Part shown: in pieces, positions 15,646 to 24,066 of the stretch
Layout: each line of letters opens with the position of its first letter
How positions within the stretch are numbered: position 1 is the first letter of the stretch
DNA from: Chloroflexota bacterium
GTDB lineage: Bacteria > Chloroflexota > Anaerolineae > Anaerolineales > Anaerolineaceae
Reading direction: 5' to 3'
NCBI GenBank assembly: GCA_012729755.1
Contig: JAAYCN010000030.1
Span: 18,738 to 82,737 of the forward strand
Length of the DNA stretch: 64,000 nt
Made by a program: the position numbers and the translations under genes
Notes under the pieces: model-generated
Databases searched by the model: none
Told to the model about the DNA's origin: nothing
What the model saw: only the letters and a program-made list of their open reading frames with translations

Positions 15646-16479
15646 CTAAAACAGGGCGTTTGTCAGGTCTGTTCGATATTGCCGCACCTCAGGGTTTTCT
15701 TCGCCCAACACTAACAGGATGGCCAGGTAGATTTCGTGCGCCCATCCATTCCGATAATGCTTATTGAACTTAATAATGTCTAATAACCCATCCAGGGTGG
15801 CATACAAATTGCCGAACTGTGCCAGCCGCAAGGCGTTTTTAAATGAGGCGTCAACAGGGCTTGCCGCGTCATCTGCGCCTTCTTCATACCATACCAGCGC
15901 TTTGGCAAAAGGCTTCAGCGTTTGCGCCAGGTTAAACTCCTTGCTCGCGGGGAACCCTGTCAACACATACTGCGCGTCTCGGCCTTTGCCCTGAATGAGC
16001 AAAACCCGCGCCAATGCCAATAAACCAGCCGGCTCACGCCGATTGATCGCCAGATATTCTTTTAGCGCTTTTTCCGAGCCGGCGTAATCGCCGAGCAACA
16101 AGAGGCTGCGTCCCTTTTCGAGCAGCAGGTCTCCCTGCCGCGGCAGCAATCGATCGATAAAACCCTTCAACTGAGCTTCATTCAGCACGCCCGTATATTC
16201 CGCCACGACCCTGCCCCCCATAAAAGCTTTGATCGACGGCAGGCTGCGCACATTTAATTTCTCAGCCAAACGCGGCTGCTCATCCACGTTGACCCGTGCC
16301 AGCCTGAACTGGCCCTGTGCTTCGTGCGCGAAGCGCGCTAATAAAGGTGACTGCACCCGGCTGGGAATAGACCACGAAGCCCAAAAGTCCATAATGACTA
16401 ATAGATGCGTCGAATAATTGACCACTTCAAACTCAAAGGTCTCCTCGCTCACATCTATAATGAAATCGCTCGTCATCAT
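15646..16479 (-). CDS. Thioredoxin-fold plus TPR protein (YbbN/CnoX-like co-chaperone) lacking the CxxC motif
   Basis: 277 aa. The N-terminal Trx fold carries WASWSIPS where WCGPC is expected. The C-terminal part is TPR-like helical repeats. Confidence 0.75.
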   Translation of the reverse strand: MMTSDFIIDVSEETFEFEVVNYSTHLLVIMDFWASWSIPSRVQSPLLARFAHEAQGQFRLARVNVDEQPRLAEKLNVRSLPSIKAFMGGRVVAEYTGVLNEAQLKGFIDRLLPRQGDLLLEKGRSLLLLGDYAGSEKALKEYLAINRREPAGLLALARVLLIQGKGRDAQYVLTGFPASKEFNLAQTLKPFAKALVWYEEGADDAASPVDASFKNALRLAQFGNLYATLDGLLDIIKFNKHYRNGWAHEIYLAILLVLGEENPEVRQYRTDLTNALF

Positions 16480-16510
16480 CGCTCACTTTATTTCATTCTA
16501 ACCGAAGCGA

Positions 16511-16948
16511 TTACTCCTCGCCATCTTCGCTGACAATTCCTGGCTGCACCACATTGAGCACCTCGCCATGATGATCAACAATCGCCTTAAAACCCATCAT
16601 ACCTAAATAAGAACGCGCGTCTTCAGGGATGCCGGACTTGCTCAGATCCTGAAATTGCTTCTCCTTGTTCTCTAGCTGATTACGGATCACCGCAACCGTG
16701 AAAATATCTTCCTGCCCCATCATTTTGGCGGCCTGTTGGCTGAGTATTTCCTCATTGCCATCGATATGCGCGGTAATTACGTCCCACACCTGCCGATCCA
16801 CATGCATGGCAGGAATATGGCGCAGGAAACCATCATCATCCAGCACATAAAAGGCCTCATCACCAACAACTACCGTTTCAAGCGGTTGGTCATCCGTGTC
16901 AAAAATCAGTCCTTGAAAAAGAGCTTTATTCACGAAACAATACTCCAA
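16511..16948 (-). CDS. Acidic hypothetical protein
   Basis: 145-aa ORF, co-directional with and 31 nt upstream of the YbbN-like gene. No motif recognised. Confidence 0.55.
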   Translation of the reverse strand: MEYCFVNKALFQGLIFDTDDQPLETVVVGDEAFYVLDDDGFLRHIPAMHVDRQVWDVITAHIDGNEEILSQQAAKMMGQEDIFTVAVIRNQLENKEKQFQDLSKSGIPEDARSYLGMMGFKAIVDHHGEVLNVVQPGIVSEDGEE

Positions 16949-17001
16949 TCTGTAGGAGAGTATAGCAAAACTATATAAAAATAGGGTTAATATTGCCTGA
17001 C

Positions 17002-18036
17002 TTAATTCCTGATTTTTACCAAAGTGCCTTCTTCGGACTTTAAATCGTTTAATTCAAAGGGCACTTTCGGTAAACACCAGCGATAGAGCCATTTAGCTTC
17101 TTCGCTTCTCATATTGACACAACCGCTGCTCATGCGGTTGCCCCAGTTCCCATGCCAATAGGCGCCGTGAAACGCCACCCCTTGCGGAGTGATATAGCTC
17201 ACCCACGGCACTCCCGGCAGGTCATAGTGATTGTCAAGCCCAGCCTCATTGACCATCCGTTGACAAGGGCGCTTGCGCCAGATTTTAAAAGTTCCGAGCG
17301 GCGTTGAACCAGCATGAATCCCCGTCGAAACATAAGTCTCAAAAACCTGTTTATCGTTCTCGAAAGCCAACACTTTTTGATCCTGCAGACGCACCTCAAG
17401 CCGTTTAGCCTCCACTGGCAGGTCGGGTGAGATCGGCTCAAGTTCCTTTTTGGTAACAATGCGCATCGCATAAGCCCTGATATAAAAGACGATTTTATTG
17501 AAATCATCAATCAGCTCATACCAGGCAATGCCCCGCTCGTCAAAGACCCGTTTTGAAATCCAAAAGGCGCTGGAATAATAATATCTGCGGACTGGCTTGT
17601 CACCATACGGTTTCAAATAGGCATCAATATAAGGAACCGTGACTTCACCGAGACAGCCTTCTTCAGGGATAGGCTGATCGCTGACATTTGGATGATACTC
17701 AACCGGTTGAATCAACCCCGCGTTCACGAAACGCTTGCTGCCGAGTTGATACCATCTTTGGGGTTTTCCGTTCGCTTCTCTGCGGATGACCGTTTTCTCC
17801 ATCGGCACAAGCATGTCATATTTCAAAAAATCCGCAACCTTCGAGCGCTCATTGGGCTCTTCATAGACGATGGTCTGATAATAACAAACCCTGCCCACCA
17901 GCTTTTTTGAATCCGCCATCGCCTTCTCGAGATCAAACTGTGCCGAAACTTCACTCGGCAGCGCTAGTGCAGCGGCACCCAACCCCAAATATTGCAGAAA
18001 ACGTCTGCGTGAAATAGTGTTTTTATTATCCATCAA
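17002..18036 (-). CDS. Tat-exported L,D-transpeptidase (YkuD domain)
   Basis: Twin-arginine signal SRRRFLQYLGLGAAALA. C-terminal catalytic motif HGAYWHGNWGNRMSSGCVNM. Confidence 0.88.
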   Translation of the reverse strand: MMDNKNTISRRRFLQYLGLGAAALALPSEVSAQFDLEKAMADSKKLVGRVCYYQTIVYEEPNERSKVADFLKYDMLVPMEKTVIRREANGKPQRWYQLGSKRFVNAGLIQPVEYHPNVSDQPIPEEGCLGEVTVPYIDAYLKPYGDKPVRRYYYSSAFWISKRVFDERGIAWYELIDDFNKIVFYIRAYAMRIVTKKELEPISPDLPVEAKRLEVRLQDQKVLAFENDKQVFETYVSTGIHAGSTPLGTFKIWRKRPCQRMVNEAGLDNHYDLPGVPWVSYITPQGVAFHGAYWHGNWGNRMSSGCVNMRSEEAKWLYRWCLPKVPFELNDLKSEEGTLVKIRN

Positions 18037-19295
18037 TAGTGTACGTTGACCAGGATCCCGACATACGCCCAGTCATAAAGCCAGCCAGCTTCTCCAGTTT
18101 CCATATTAACACATCCATGACTCATTGGCGAACCAAAATTACTGTGCCAATAAGTACCATGAATGCCGTAGCCTTTATAGAAATACATCGTATAAGGCAC
18201 ATTAGGCAGATCATACCCCGGGCCGGTCATGCGTGTCGAGGGCAGCTTGACATAAACGTTATACTGACCGGTAACAGTCGGGGTGTCAGGCAAACCGGTA
18301 GAAACCAGAAAGGCGCCGACAATCGTATCGCCCTCATAAGCGTATAACATCTGTTCGCTGAGGTTTACATCGATCCATTTCTCGCCCAAAGGCTCACGGT
18401 ACACCGGTTCCATCACATATCCAGTCGAGTCGTCGGTATACGCCGGTTCAGCATATTCAGCCGGCCCCGGTTCTTCGGTCAGGTAGACCAGGGGGGTGAT
18501 TTGAATGATCGGCAGTCCGCTGGTAGGATCATAGGCCTGGGTCGGCGTGCCCATCGTGGCTGTCGGCAGAACCGGCGTTTTTGTCGTCGCTGAGGTGGCT
18601 GTCGTGGTGGGCGTAGCCGTATCGGTCGGTGTCAGGGTCGCAGTGTTGGCAGGGCTTGAGGCTTTTATCGCAGTGAATGTCGCGGACGCGTCCGGCATAA
18701 CTGCCACTGCTTGCGAGGGTGTTGTGTCTGGCGCCGCGATTTGGGTTGCGTCAGGCATTGGCGCGGTTTTACCTTTCAGGAGGTGGCTGATGAAAGTCAT
18801 CACATTTTTCTGCCCGGGCGCGAAACTGTCAGCGTTCAGCAGGCCAGTCGACCACAGGCCATAACCCATGATCGCCGCTGTCGCCAAAAGCCAGGGGAGT
18901 ACCGTCGCAAAGGCAGATCTGCGTTTCAGACTGCTTGCCTCGGCGCGAATTGGCGCGACAGCTCCGGGTCTCACACTGACAGCAGTTTCCGGCGTCCAGG
19001 CGGCGCTGCTCATCTTTCGCAGTCGTTGCCTGGCCCAGTGCATGCCTTCTCGGGCCACCCTGTTATTAGGGTCAATGGACAAAACGCGGTTAAGGTAGTT
19101 CAGGCTGGCTTCAGGTTCAGACACGCCGGCCATTATCAACATAGCATTCAGATTATCGGGGTCGCTTGCCAGAGCCTGAGAAGCAAGCTCACGCGCATGT
19201 CCGCGATCGCCATTCAAAACAGCCTGTTTGGCGAGGGCTATCAATTCTTTAGGAGTCTGTATGCTCGCTTCCATCAACCCTTCAACAACTTTCAA
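18033..19295 (-). CDS. TPR - TM - Thr/Pro-rich linker - L,D-transpeptidase (YkuD) protein
   Basis: 420 aa with N-terminal TPR-like repeats, one TM segment, a TATPTTTATSATTKTP linker, and HGTYWHSNFGSPMSHGCVNM. Confidence 0.85.
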   Translation of the reverse strand: MKVVEGLMEASIQTPKELIALAKQAVLNGDRGHARELASQALASDPDNLNAMLIMAGVSEPEASLNYLNRVLSIDPNNRVAREGMHWARQRLRKMSSAAWTPETAVSVRPGAVAPIRAEASSLKRRSAFATVLPWLLATAAIMGYGLWSTGLLNADSFAPGQKNVMTFISHLLKGKTAPMPDATQIAAPDTTPSQAVAVMPDASATFTAIKASSPANTATLTPTDTATPTTTATSATTKTPVLPTATMGTPTQAYDPTSGLPIIQITPLVYLTEEPGPAEYAEPAYTDDSTGYVMEPVYREPLGEKWIDVNLSEQMLYAYEGDTIVGAFLVSTGLPDTPTVTGQYNVYVKLPSTRMTGPGYDLPNVPYTMYFYKGYGIHGTYWHSNFGSPMSHGCVNMETGEAGWLYDWAYVGILVNVHY

Positions 19296-20221
19296 TTTGC
19301 CGGCTTTGTTTCGACCGTTTCATTTTTCATATAACAATTTATACCAGAGACGATCCCATCAGCTAAAAGTTCTGGTTTGGTTGTTAATATTTCCTTATCA
19401 AGGTTCAGGAAGCCGACCTCAATAATGCCTGCCATTGTGAAAGGGTTAATCTCAGAATAGGCATGATAGTGGGTCATATCCTGTGTAATAGATTGGTAAT
19501 GATACTTCAAGCCGGTCTTTTTCGCATACCGATCCGCTATACACTCCACCAGCCGCGAGGAGTTGTCTGACTGCTGTGTAGCCAACGCAGACGCGACCTT
19601 AAAACCAGAAGCCGACTCGTTGATATAGTCGCATGAATCGGTATGAATTGAGAGCAACAGACCTGCCTGATAATTGTTCAGACGCGGGTCGAACTCATCC
19701 AGTAAGTCAACCGTCCAACCCGCCTTAATTAATTTTTGCTGGACATACGTAGCGACATTGGTGTTCACTTCCAGTTCCGTCAGCCCATCGCTGCAAACCG
19801 CCCCCTTATCACCTTCATTTCCGCGATGACCAACCACGATTCCGATGCGATCCAAAGGAAAGTCCATCGGCATGGACATTGCCGACGTGGACTGGTTGGC
19901 GGTTAGAGGTTCAACCGAAAGCGCGTCCACCATCTGCTCAGGCAAGCTCTTCACGACCAAGCTCCCGGGCGACCAGACGCTGAAAAGCGTGGCGATAATG
20001 AATGCCGCGCTGATTACCGTGGTGAATACGTGCCAGGTCGGTCCGGTTGGCCGTGATTGACGTCGATCCGCTCGTTTTACCTGCCTGGCTTGAAGGTCAG
20101 GCTGGCTGGCTTCAGGCCGCAGGCTTGACAGGTTATTTATCGTTGGGTCAGGCAATGCCTCTGGCCGGATATCGCGCCCCGGCAGGTGCTCGTCTTCAAC
20201 TTGGGACATCGATTTGCTCAT
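19292..20221 (-). CDS. N-acetylmuramoyl-L-alanine amidase (Amidase_3 type), membrane-anchored
   Basis: IGIVVGHRGNEGDKGA, GLTELEVN and LLLSIHTDS motifs. Single TM. 4-nt overlap with the downstream L,D-transpeptidase gene. Confidence 0.8.
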   Translation of the reverse strand: MSKSMSQVEDEHLPGRDIRPEALPDPTINNLSSLRPEASQPDLQARQVKRADRRQSRPTGPTWHVFTTVISAAFIIATLFSVWSPGSLVVKSLPEQMVDALSVEPLTANQSTSAMSMPMDFPLDRIGIVVGHRGNEGDKGAVCSDGLTELEVNTNVATYVQQKLIKAGWTVDLLDEFDPRLNNYQAGLLLSIHTDSCDYINESASGFKVASALATQQSDNSSRLVECIADRYAKKTGLKYHYQSITQDMTHYHAYSEINPFTMAGIIEVGFLNLDKEILTTKPELLADGIVSGINCYMKNETVETKPAN

Positions 20222-20311
20222 GTTCGCAATGTTCCTTTTAACTCGCGAACAATTAGCCGTTACAATAATTACGGCTGTTCGCTTTATATCAAATCAAAAG
20301 GAGCAACTATT

Positions 20312-20887
20312 ATGCCAATCCAATTGACTGAAGACGAGAAAACTTTCCTGTTGAAACTGGCGCGTGAGGCAATCACCGCGGCAGTAGCTGGTCAGCTTCC
20401 GCCGACTGTTGATAGTGCTCAGATAACACCCACCCTGGCCGAAAACGGCGCAAGCTTTGTTACTTTGACTATTGACGGACACCTCAGAGGATGTATTGGC
20501 AGCCTCGAAGCTTTTCAACCCTTGGCAAAGGATGTGCAAACGCGCGCCGTACAGGCTGCCCTCGAAGACAATCGCTTTTACCCGCTTACTGAGGCGGAAC
20601 TATCGACCGTGAAGATTGAGATCTCGCGCCTCACCCCGTCAGTTCCGCTGTCTTATGCCGACCCTCTCGAGCTGCCCCGCCTGATCAGACCAGGCATCGA
20701 CGGCGTCGTGCTCTCAGACGGCTGGCGCCGTGCCACCTACTTGCCTCAGGTCTGGGAACAGCTCCCCAACCCTGCTGATTTCCTCTCAAGTTTGTGTCAG
20801 AAAATGGGCGCGTCAAGATCGCTCTGGCGTGAGCGGCTGCTTGATGTTGAAATTTATCAGGTGGAGGAATTCAGCGAAACAAATTAG
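20312..20887 (+). CDS. AMMECR1 domain protein
   Basis: LRGCIGSLEAFQPL motif. AAAGGAG RBS before ATG 20312; the listed ORF opens earlier at 20186. Confidence 0.85.
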   Translation: MPIQLTEDEKTFLLKLAREAITAAVAGQLPPTVDSAQITPTLAENGASFVTLTIDGHLRGCIGSLEAFQPLAKDVQTRAVQAALEDNRFYPLTEAELSTVKIEISRLTPSVPLSYADPLELPRLIRPGIDGVVLSDGWRRATYLPQVWEQLPNPADFLSSLCQKMGASRSLWRERLLDVEIYQVEEFSETN

Positions 20888-20933
20888 TCTGTCGCGTGCT
20901 TAAGTTAGCGCGGTAATCATTGGACTCAAAAAA

Positions 20934-20962
20934 ACAAACTGGAGCGTAAAGCTCCAGTTTGT
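20934..20962. terminator. Bidirectional intrinsic terminator
   Basis: caaactggagc-gtaaa-gctccagtttg flanked by an A-run and T-rich sequence, between convergent genes. Confidence 0.75.
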
Positions 20963-20981
20963 CAACAATTAAGCTTCCTGA

Positions 20982-21641
20982 TTAATAGGGCATTACCCCA
21001 GCGCCGCCCTTGGTCTGTGACATGGCATAAGCCTGGCCACTCAAATGGGCAACAATCGTTTGTGCGTAAAAAGCGGTGATGAGCGCTCCGATAACCAGCA
21101 AGGCGCTGCCCAGGGGGGCGATAAAACCGGCAAGAATAATGCCGCCAATCACCATCAGCCAGGCAGTTACATTATTTTTGACTAGGCCAATCAGCGTCTT
21201 GAAGTCAAAGGCGGATTTAATCGTCTCTTTCATGGCAAAATTGGCCTGCGCCACCGGCATTATTACGCCCAGCGCGATTCCAAACACCAGAATTAAGATG
21301 CCGCCCACAATCATGAAGAGAATGCCAATGACAGACATCTCGCCAGATTTGCTTGTGGCGATGGCAGGCGCGAACATCAGCAAATAGAGCAAAATTATTG
21401 GCAGGGCGTATATAAAACTGACCACCATCCACTTTAAGCCCTTCATTATTTGACTGCCAAAATCAAATTTGGGCAAGGGTTTCTCTACCCGGTTAGTCAC
21501 GTTACGGATTAACTCAAGCATCCATCCAGTTACTGCCATCTGACCAACAAGAGGTATCAAACTGACTAATAAAGGAATAAGTATTTTATTAAACCACTCC
21601 GGATCATCAAAAATATAGGTTAATGCTTTCTTGAAGTTCAT
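20982..21641 (-). CDS. DUF4013-like integral membrane protein
   Basis: 219 aa with N-terminus KKALTYIFDDPEWFNKILIP and several TM segments. Confidence 0.7.
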   Translation of the reverse strand: MNFKKALTYIFDDPEWFNKILIPLLVSLIPLVGQMAVTGWMLELIRNVTNRVEKPLPKFDFGSQIMKGLKWMVVSFIYALPIILLYLLMFAPAIATSKSGEMSVIGILFMIVGGILILVFGIALGVIMPVAQANFAMKETIKSAFDFKTLIGLVKNNVTAWLMVIGGIILAGFIAPLGSALLVIGALITAFYAQTIVAHLSGQAYAMSQTKGGAGVMPY

Positions 21642-21706
21642 TTTTCCCTTTCATCTACTTGTTAAATTAATCTTAAACAGGTTAAACAACAGCCTGCTCT
21701 CATCAC

Positions 21707-21973
21707 TTAAATTTGAACAAAATCCTCCACGTTCAGCACAAAAACCACCGCTTTTTTCTCGTCAGAGCTTTTTCCCGGCGTTGTCTCGGTGCGCAGAATC
21801 TCCAGTGCGTCCTCCACCCTGCTTTCATCTACGCCGATCAGCAAAGTACTGCGGCCGCTGCGCAGGAATCCCCCGGTGGAAGCGATGCAGGTCACACGTA
21901 AGTCGGCGTCTGTCAGCTTGTTCGAGACCCGATCATTATCCCCGTCACGGATGATGGCAATGATCAATTTCAT
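21707..21973 (-). CDS. darA: PII-like cyclic-di-AMP receptor family protein (DarA/PstA/YaaQ), short form
   Basis: MKLIIAIIRD.D.....KL.D..LRVT.IASTGGFL.SG.STLLIGV closely resembles B. subtilis YaaQ as I recall it. GAGGAG RBS. The start at the MKL codon is preferred because the upstream gene ends at 21975. Confidence 0.82.
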   Translation of the reverse strand: MKLIIAIIRDGDNDRVSNKLTDADLRVTCIASTGGFLRSGRSTLLIGVDESRVEDALEILRTETTPGKSSDEKKAVVFVLNVEDFVQI

Positions 21974-21974
21974 C

Positions 21975-22325
21975 TCAAATCTCCTCAAAATGTTCAATGC
22001 CAAGAGTCAACATGCTCACACCCCCAACCATGGTCTCGGTCGGAATGGGAATCGGCAATGGGCCGATTTCGCTGGGCGCAGATACAAAGGTGACTCGCTT
22101 TTTCGCGGCAGTCATCAAGATTTCTTTCACATTCTCACGCTGTGAATCAGCGCAGCCGATCAAAAAAGTCACACTGCATTCTTTCAGAAATCCACCCACG
22201 CTCGGCAAACGTGTGAATTTATATTCTTCCTGGTTCAACACCAATTCTACCAGGTCACTATCCTGCGACTGGACGATTGCAATAATTAATGATTGGGGTA
22301 TCTTTTTAGGATTTGGCATAGGCAA
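21975..22325 (-). CDS. PII-like DarA/YaaQ-family paralogue, long form
   Basis: LIIAIVQSQDSD...FTRLPSVGGFLKECSVTFLIGC...GGVSMLTLGIEHFEEI. 116 aa, immediately upstream of the short form. Confidence 0.78.
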   Translation of the reverse strand: MPMPNPKKIPQSLIIAIVQSQDSDLVELVLNQEEYKFTRLPSVGGFLKECSVTFLIGCADSQRENVKEILMTAAKKRVTFVSAPSEIGPLPIPIPTETMVGGVSMLTLGIEHFEEI

Positions 22326-22396
22326 TCCTTTCCTTATCAGTTGGAATTGTCACCTTTATTTTATCGCAATATTTAAAGCTGTTAATCGCAAATCAG

Positions 22397-22843
22397 CTAA
22401 ATAAACCAGTCAACGACCATGTCTTCGAGGTCTTCAGAGTCAATGTCGCTTTCGCTCACCACCTTGCCAAAAACTGAAGCGCCAGCCCGCTTGGTGCTCG
22501 TCCGGCTGCCAGTTTTCAGCGGATGCCACCACGGCAAATCCTGACCATGAGCTATCAGGTAGTAAGCGCAGGTTTTTGGCAGCCAATTCGCTTCGCGTGC
22601 TAACTTCGGGGTCAGGTAAACGCAATCAGGCACGTTCTGATGGCGGTGCACATAATCTGTGCAGACGCAGGTTTCCATATCCATATACCTGCAAACAACA
22701 TTGGTGAACTTTATCGGTTCATCAGGGCTTTCCTGAAGCTTGAACAGGCAACACTTTGAACACCCGTCGCACAGCGCTTCCCACTCTTCAGGGGTGAACT
22801 GTTCGAGAGATTTCTTTTTCCAAAACTCTTTTTCCAGGGTCAT
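22397..22843 (-). CDS. YcgN-family (UPF0260) cysteine-cluster protein
   Basis: FWKKKSLEQFTPEEWEALCDGCSKCCL.KL and LP.TCAY.L...G.DLP.WHPL.TGS match E. coli YcgN as recalled. Confidence 0.85.
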   Translation of the reverse strand: MTLEKEFWKKKSLEQFTPEEWEALCDGCSKCCLFKLQESPDEPIKFTNVVCRYMDMETCVCTDYVHRHQNVPDCVYLTPKLAREANWLPKTCAYYLIAHGQDLPWWHPLKTGSRTSTKRAGASVFGKVVSESDIDSEDLEDMVVDWFI

Positions 22844-23394
22844 TCGTTCTCTTTTATCGGATATAGTCCGGAGTTCCTGAAAGGTACCAGCGCCAATTCC
22901 ACGGCCTGAGCCAGGCTTGAAGTGCGAGTAATCACATTGCCGGTGAGAATGCCAACAGCGCCATAATTCTGCTTTGAATTACTTGTGCCAAACACCAGGT
23001 CATCCGCGTCGCCCAATTCGTAACCCTGGCTGACTAATTCCACCACTTTGTCAGGCAATGCTAACCCGCTGGTGCGCGCTTTGGTCATGCGGTCGCGCGA
23101 TAAAATCACAATCCAGGCAAAGGTAACCATTTCTCCGCCAAACGCTGCGGAAGAATCAATGCCTCCTTCAATTCCCACCCAAAAATCTGCGTCTGGCTTT
23201 GCCTCCCGCGTATTTTGAGCGCGCCTGATAGCGCCTTGAAGCGTTTCAGCGCAGTCGATTGGCTGGCGGCTTACCCCCGAATCCACGTTCACGCCACTTA
23301 CTTCGAAGTTCTCGCCGGGGAACATTGCTTCGAAACCGATGCGCGCAGCATCCAGCTTCACAGGGTTAAGCGAACCAACAACGACTTTTGGCAT
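22840..23394 (-). CDS. Inosine/xanthosine triphosphatase (YjjX family non-canonical NTPase)
   Basis: VVGSLNPVKL.A, SGVS.QP and ADFWVGIEGGI motifs. Confidence 0.85.
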   Translation of the reverse strand: MPKVVVGSLNPVKLDAARIGFEAMFPGENFEVSGVNVDSGVSRQPIDCAETLQGAIRRAQNTREAKPDADFWVGIEGGIDSSAAFGGEMVTFAWIVILSRDRMTKARTSGLALPDKVVELVSQGYELGDADDLVFGTSNSKQNYGAVGILTGNVITRTSSLAQAVELALVPFRNSGLYPIKENE

Positions 23395-23401
23395 CTTTTG
23401 G

Positions 23402-23956
23402 CTATAGTTTAGGCAGAACGATGGATTGCTGTCCCTGATATTTGCCCTTCTTCATCGCGTACGTCACATCGCAGGGTTCGTCGCCCTCAAAGAACAACAC
23501 CTGAGCAATCCCTTCATTTGAGTAGATGCGCGCGGGCAAAGGCGTCGTGTTCGAGATTTCCAGTGTCACAAAGCCTTCCCATTCAGGTTCAAACGGTGTG
23601 ACATTAACGATAATGCCGCACCGTGCGTAGGTCGACTTGCCAAGACAGATAGTCAGCACGTTCGGGGGAATGCGGAAGTATTCAATCGTGCGCGCCAAAG
23701 CGAAAGAATTCGGCGGGATCACACAGATATCACCAACATAATCAACCATCGAGTGCGGGTCAAAATTTTTCGGGTCTACGACTGCTGAGAAAACATTGGT
23801 AAAGATTTTATATTCGTTCGCCACTCGGATGTCATAACCGTAAGAAGAGGTTCCATACGAAATTACGCCTTTGCGAACCTGAGATTCCTCGAAAGGTTCG
23901 ATCATTCCGTATTCTTGCGCCATCTTGCGAATCCATCTGTCAGGTTTTAAGCCCAT
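23402..23956 (-). CDS. dcd: dCTP deaminase
   Basis: 184 aa with typical Dcd motifs (SSYGYD.R, RSS.AR-like [15 protein letters not shown]-like [11 protein letters not shown]). Confidence 0.9.
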   Translation of the reverse strand: MGLKPDRWIRKMAQEYGMIEPFEESQVRKGVISYGTSSYGYDIRVANEYKIFTNVFSAVVDPKNFDPHSMVDYVGDICVIPPNSFALARTIEYFRIPPNVLTICLGKSTYARCGIIVNVTPFEPEWEGFVTLEISNTTPLPARIYSNEGIAQVLFFEGDEPCDVTYAMKKGKYQGQQSIVLPKL

Positions 23957-24066
23957 TCCATCTCTCCAAAATCATTAATTTCGAACCGCCACATAGCCTG
24001 GTGCGGTCAATTTTATCATTTAGTCAGCGATAATCCGCTCAGACCTTACCTACAAATGGCCGCAGG

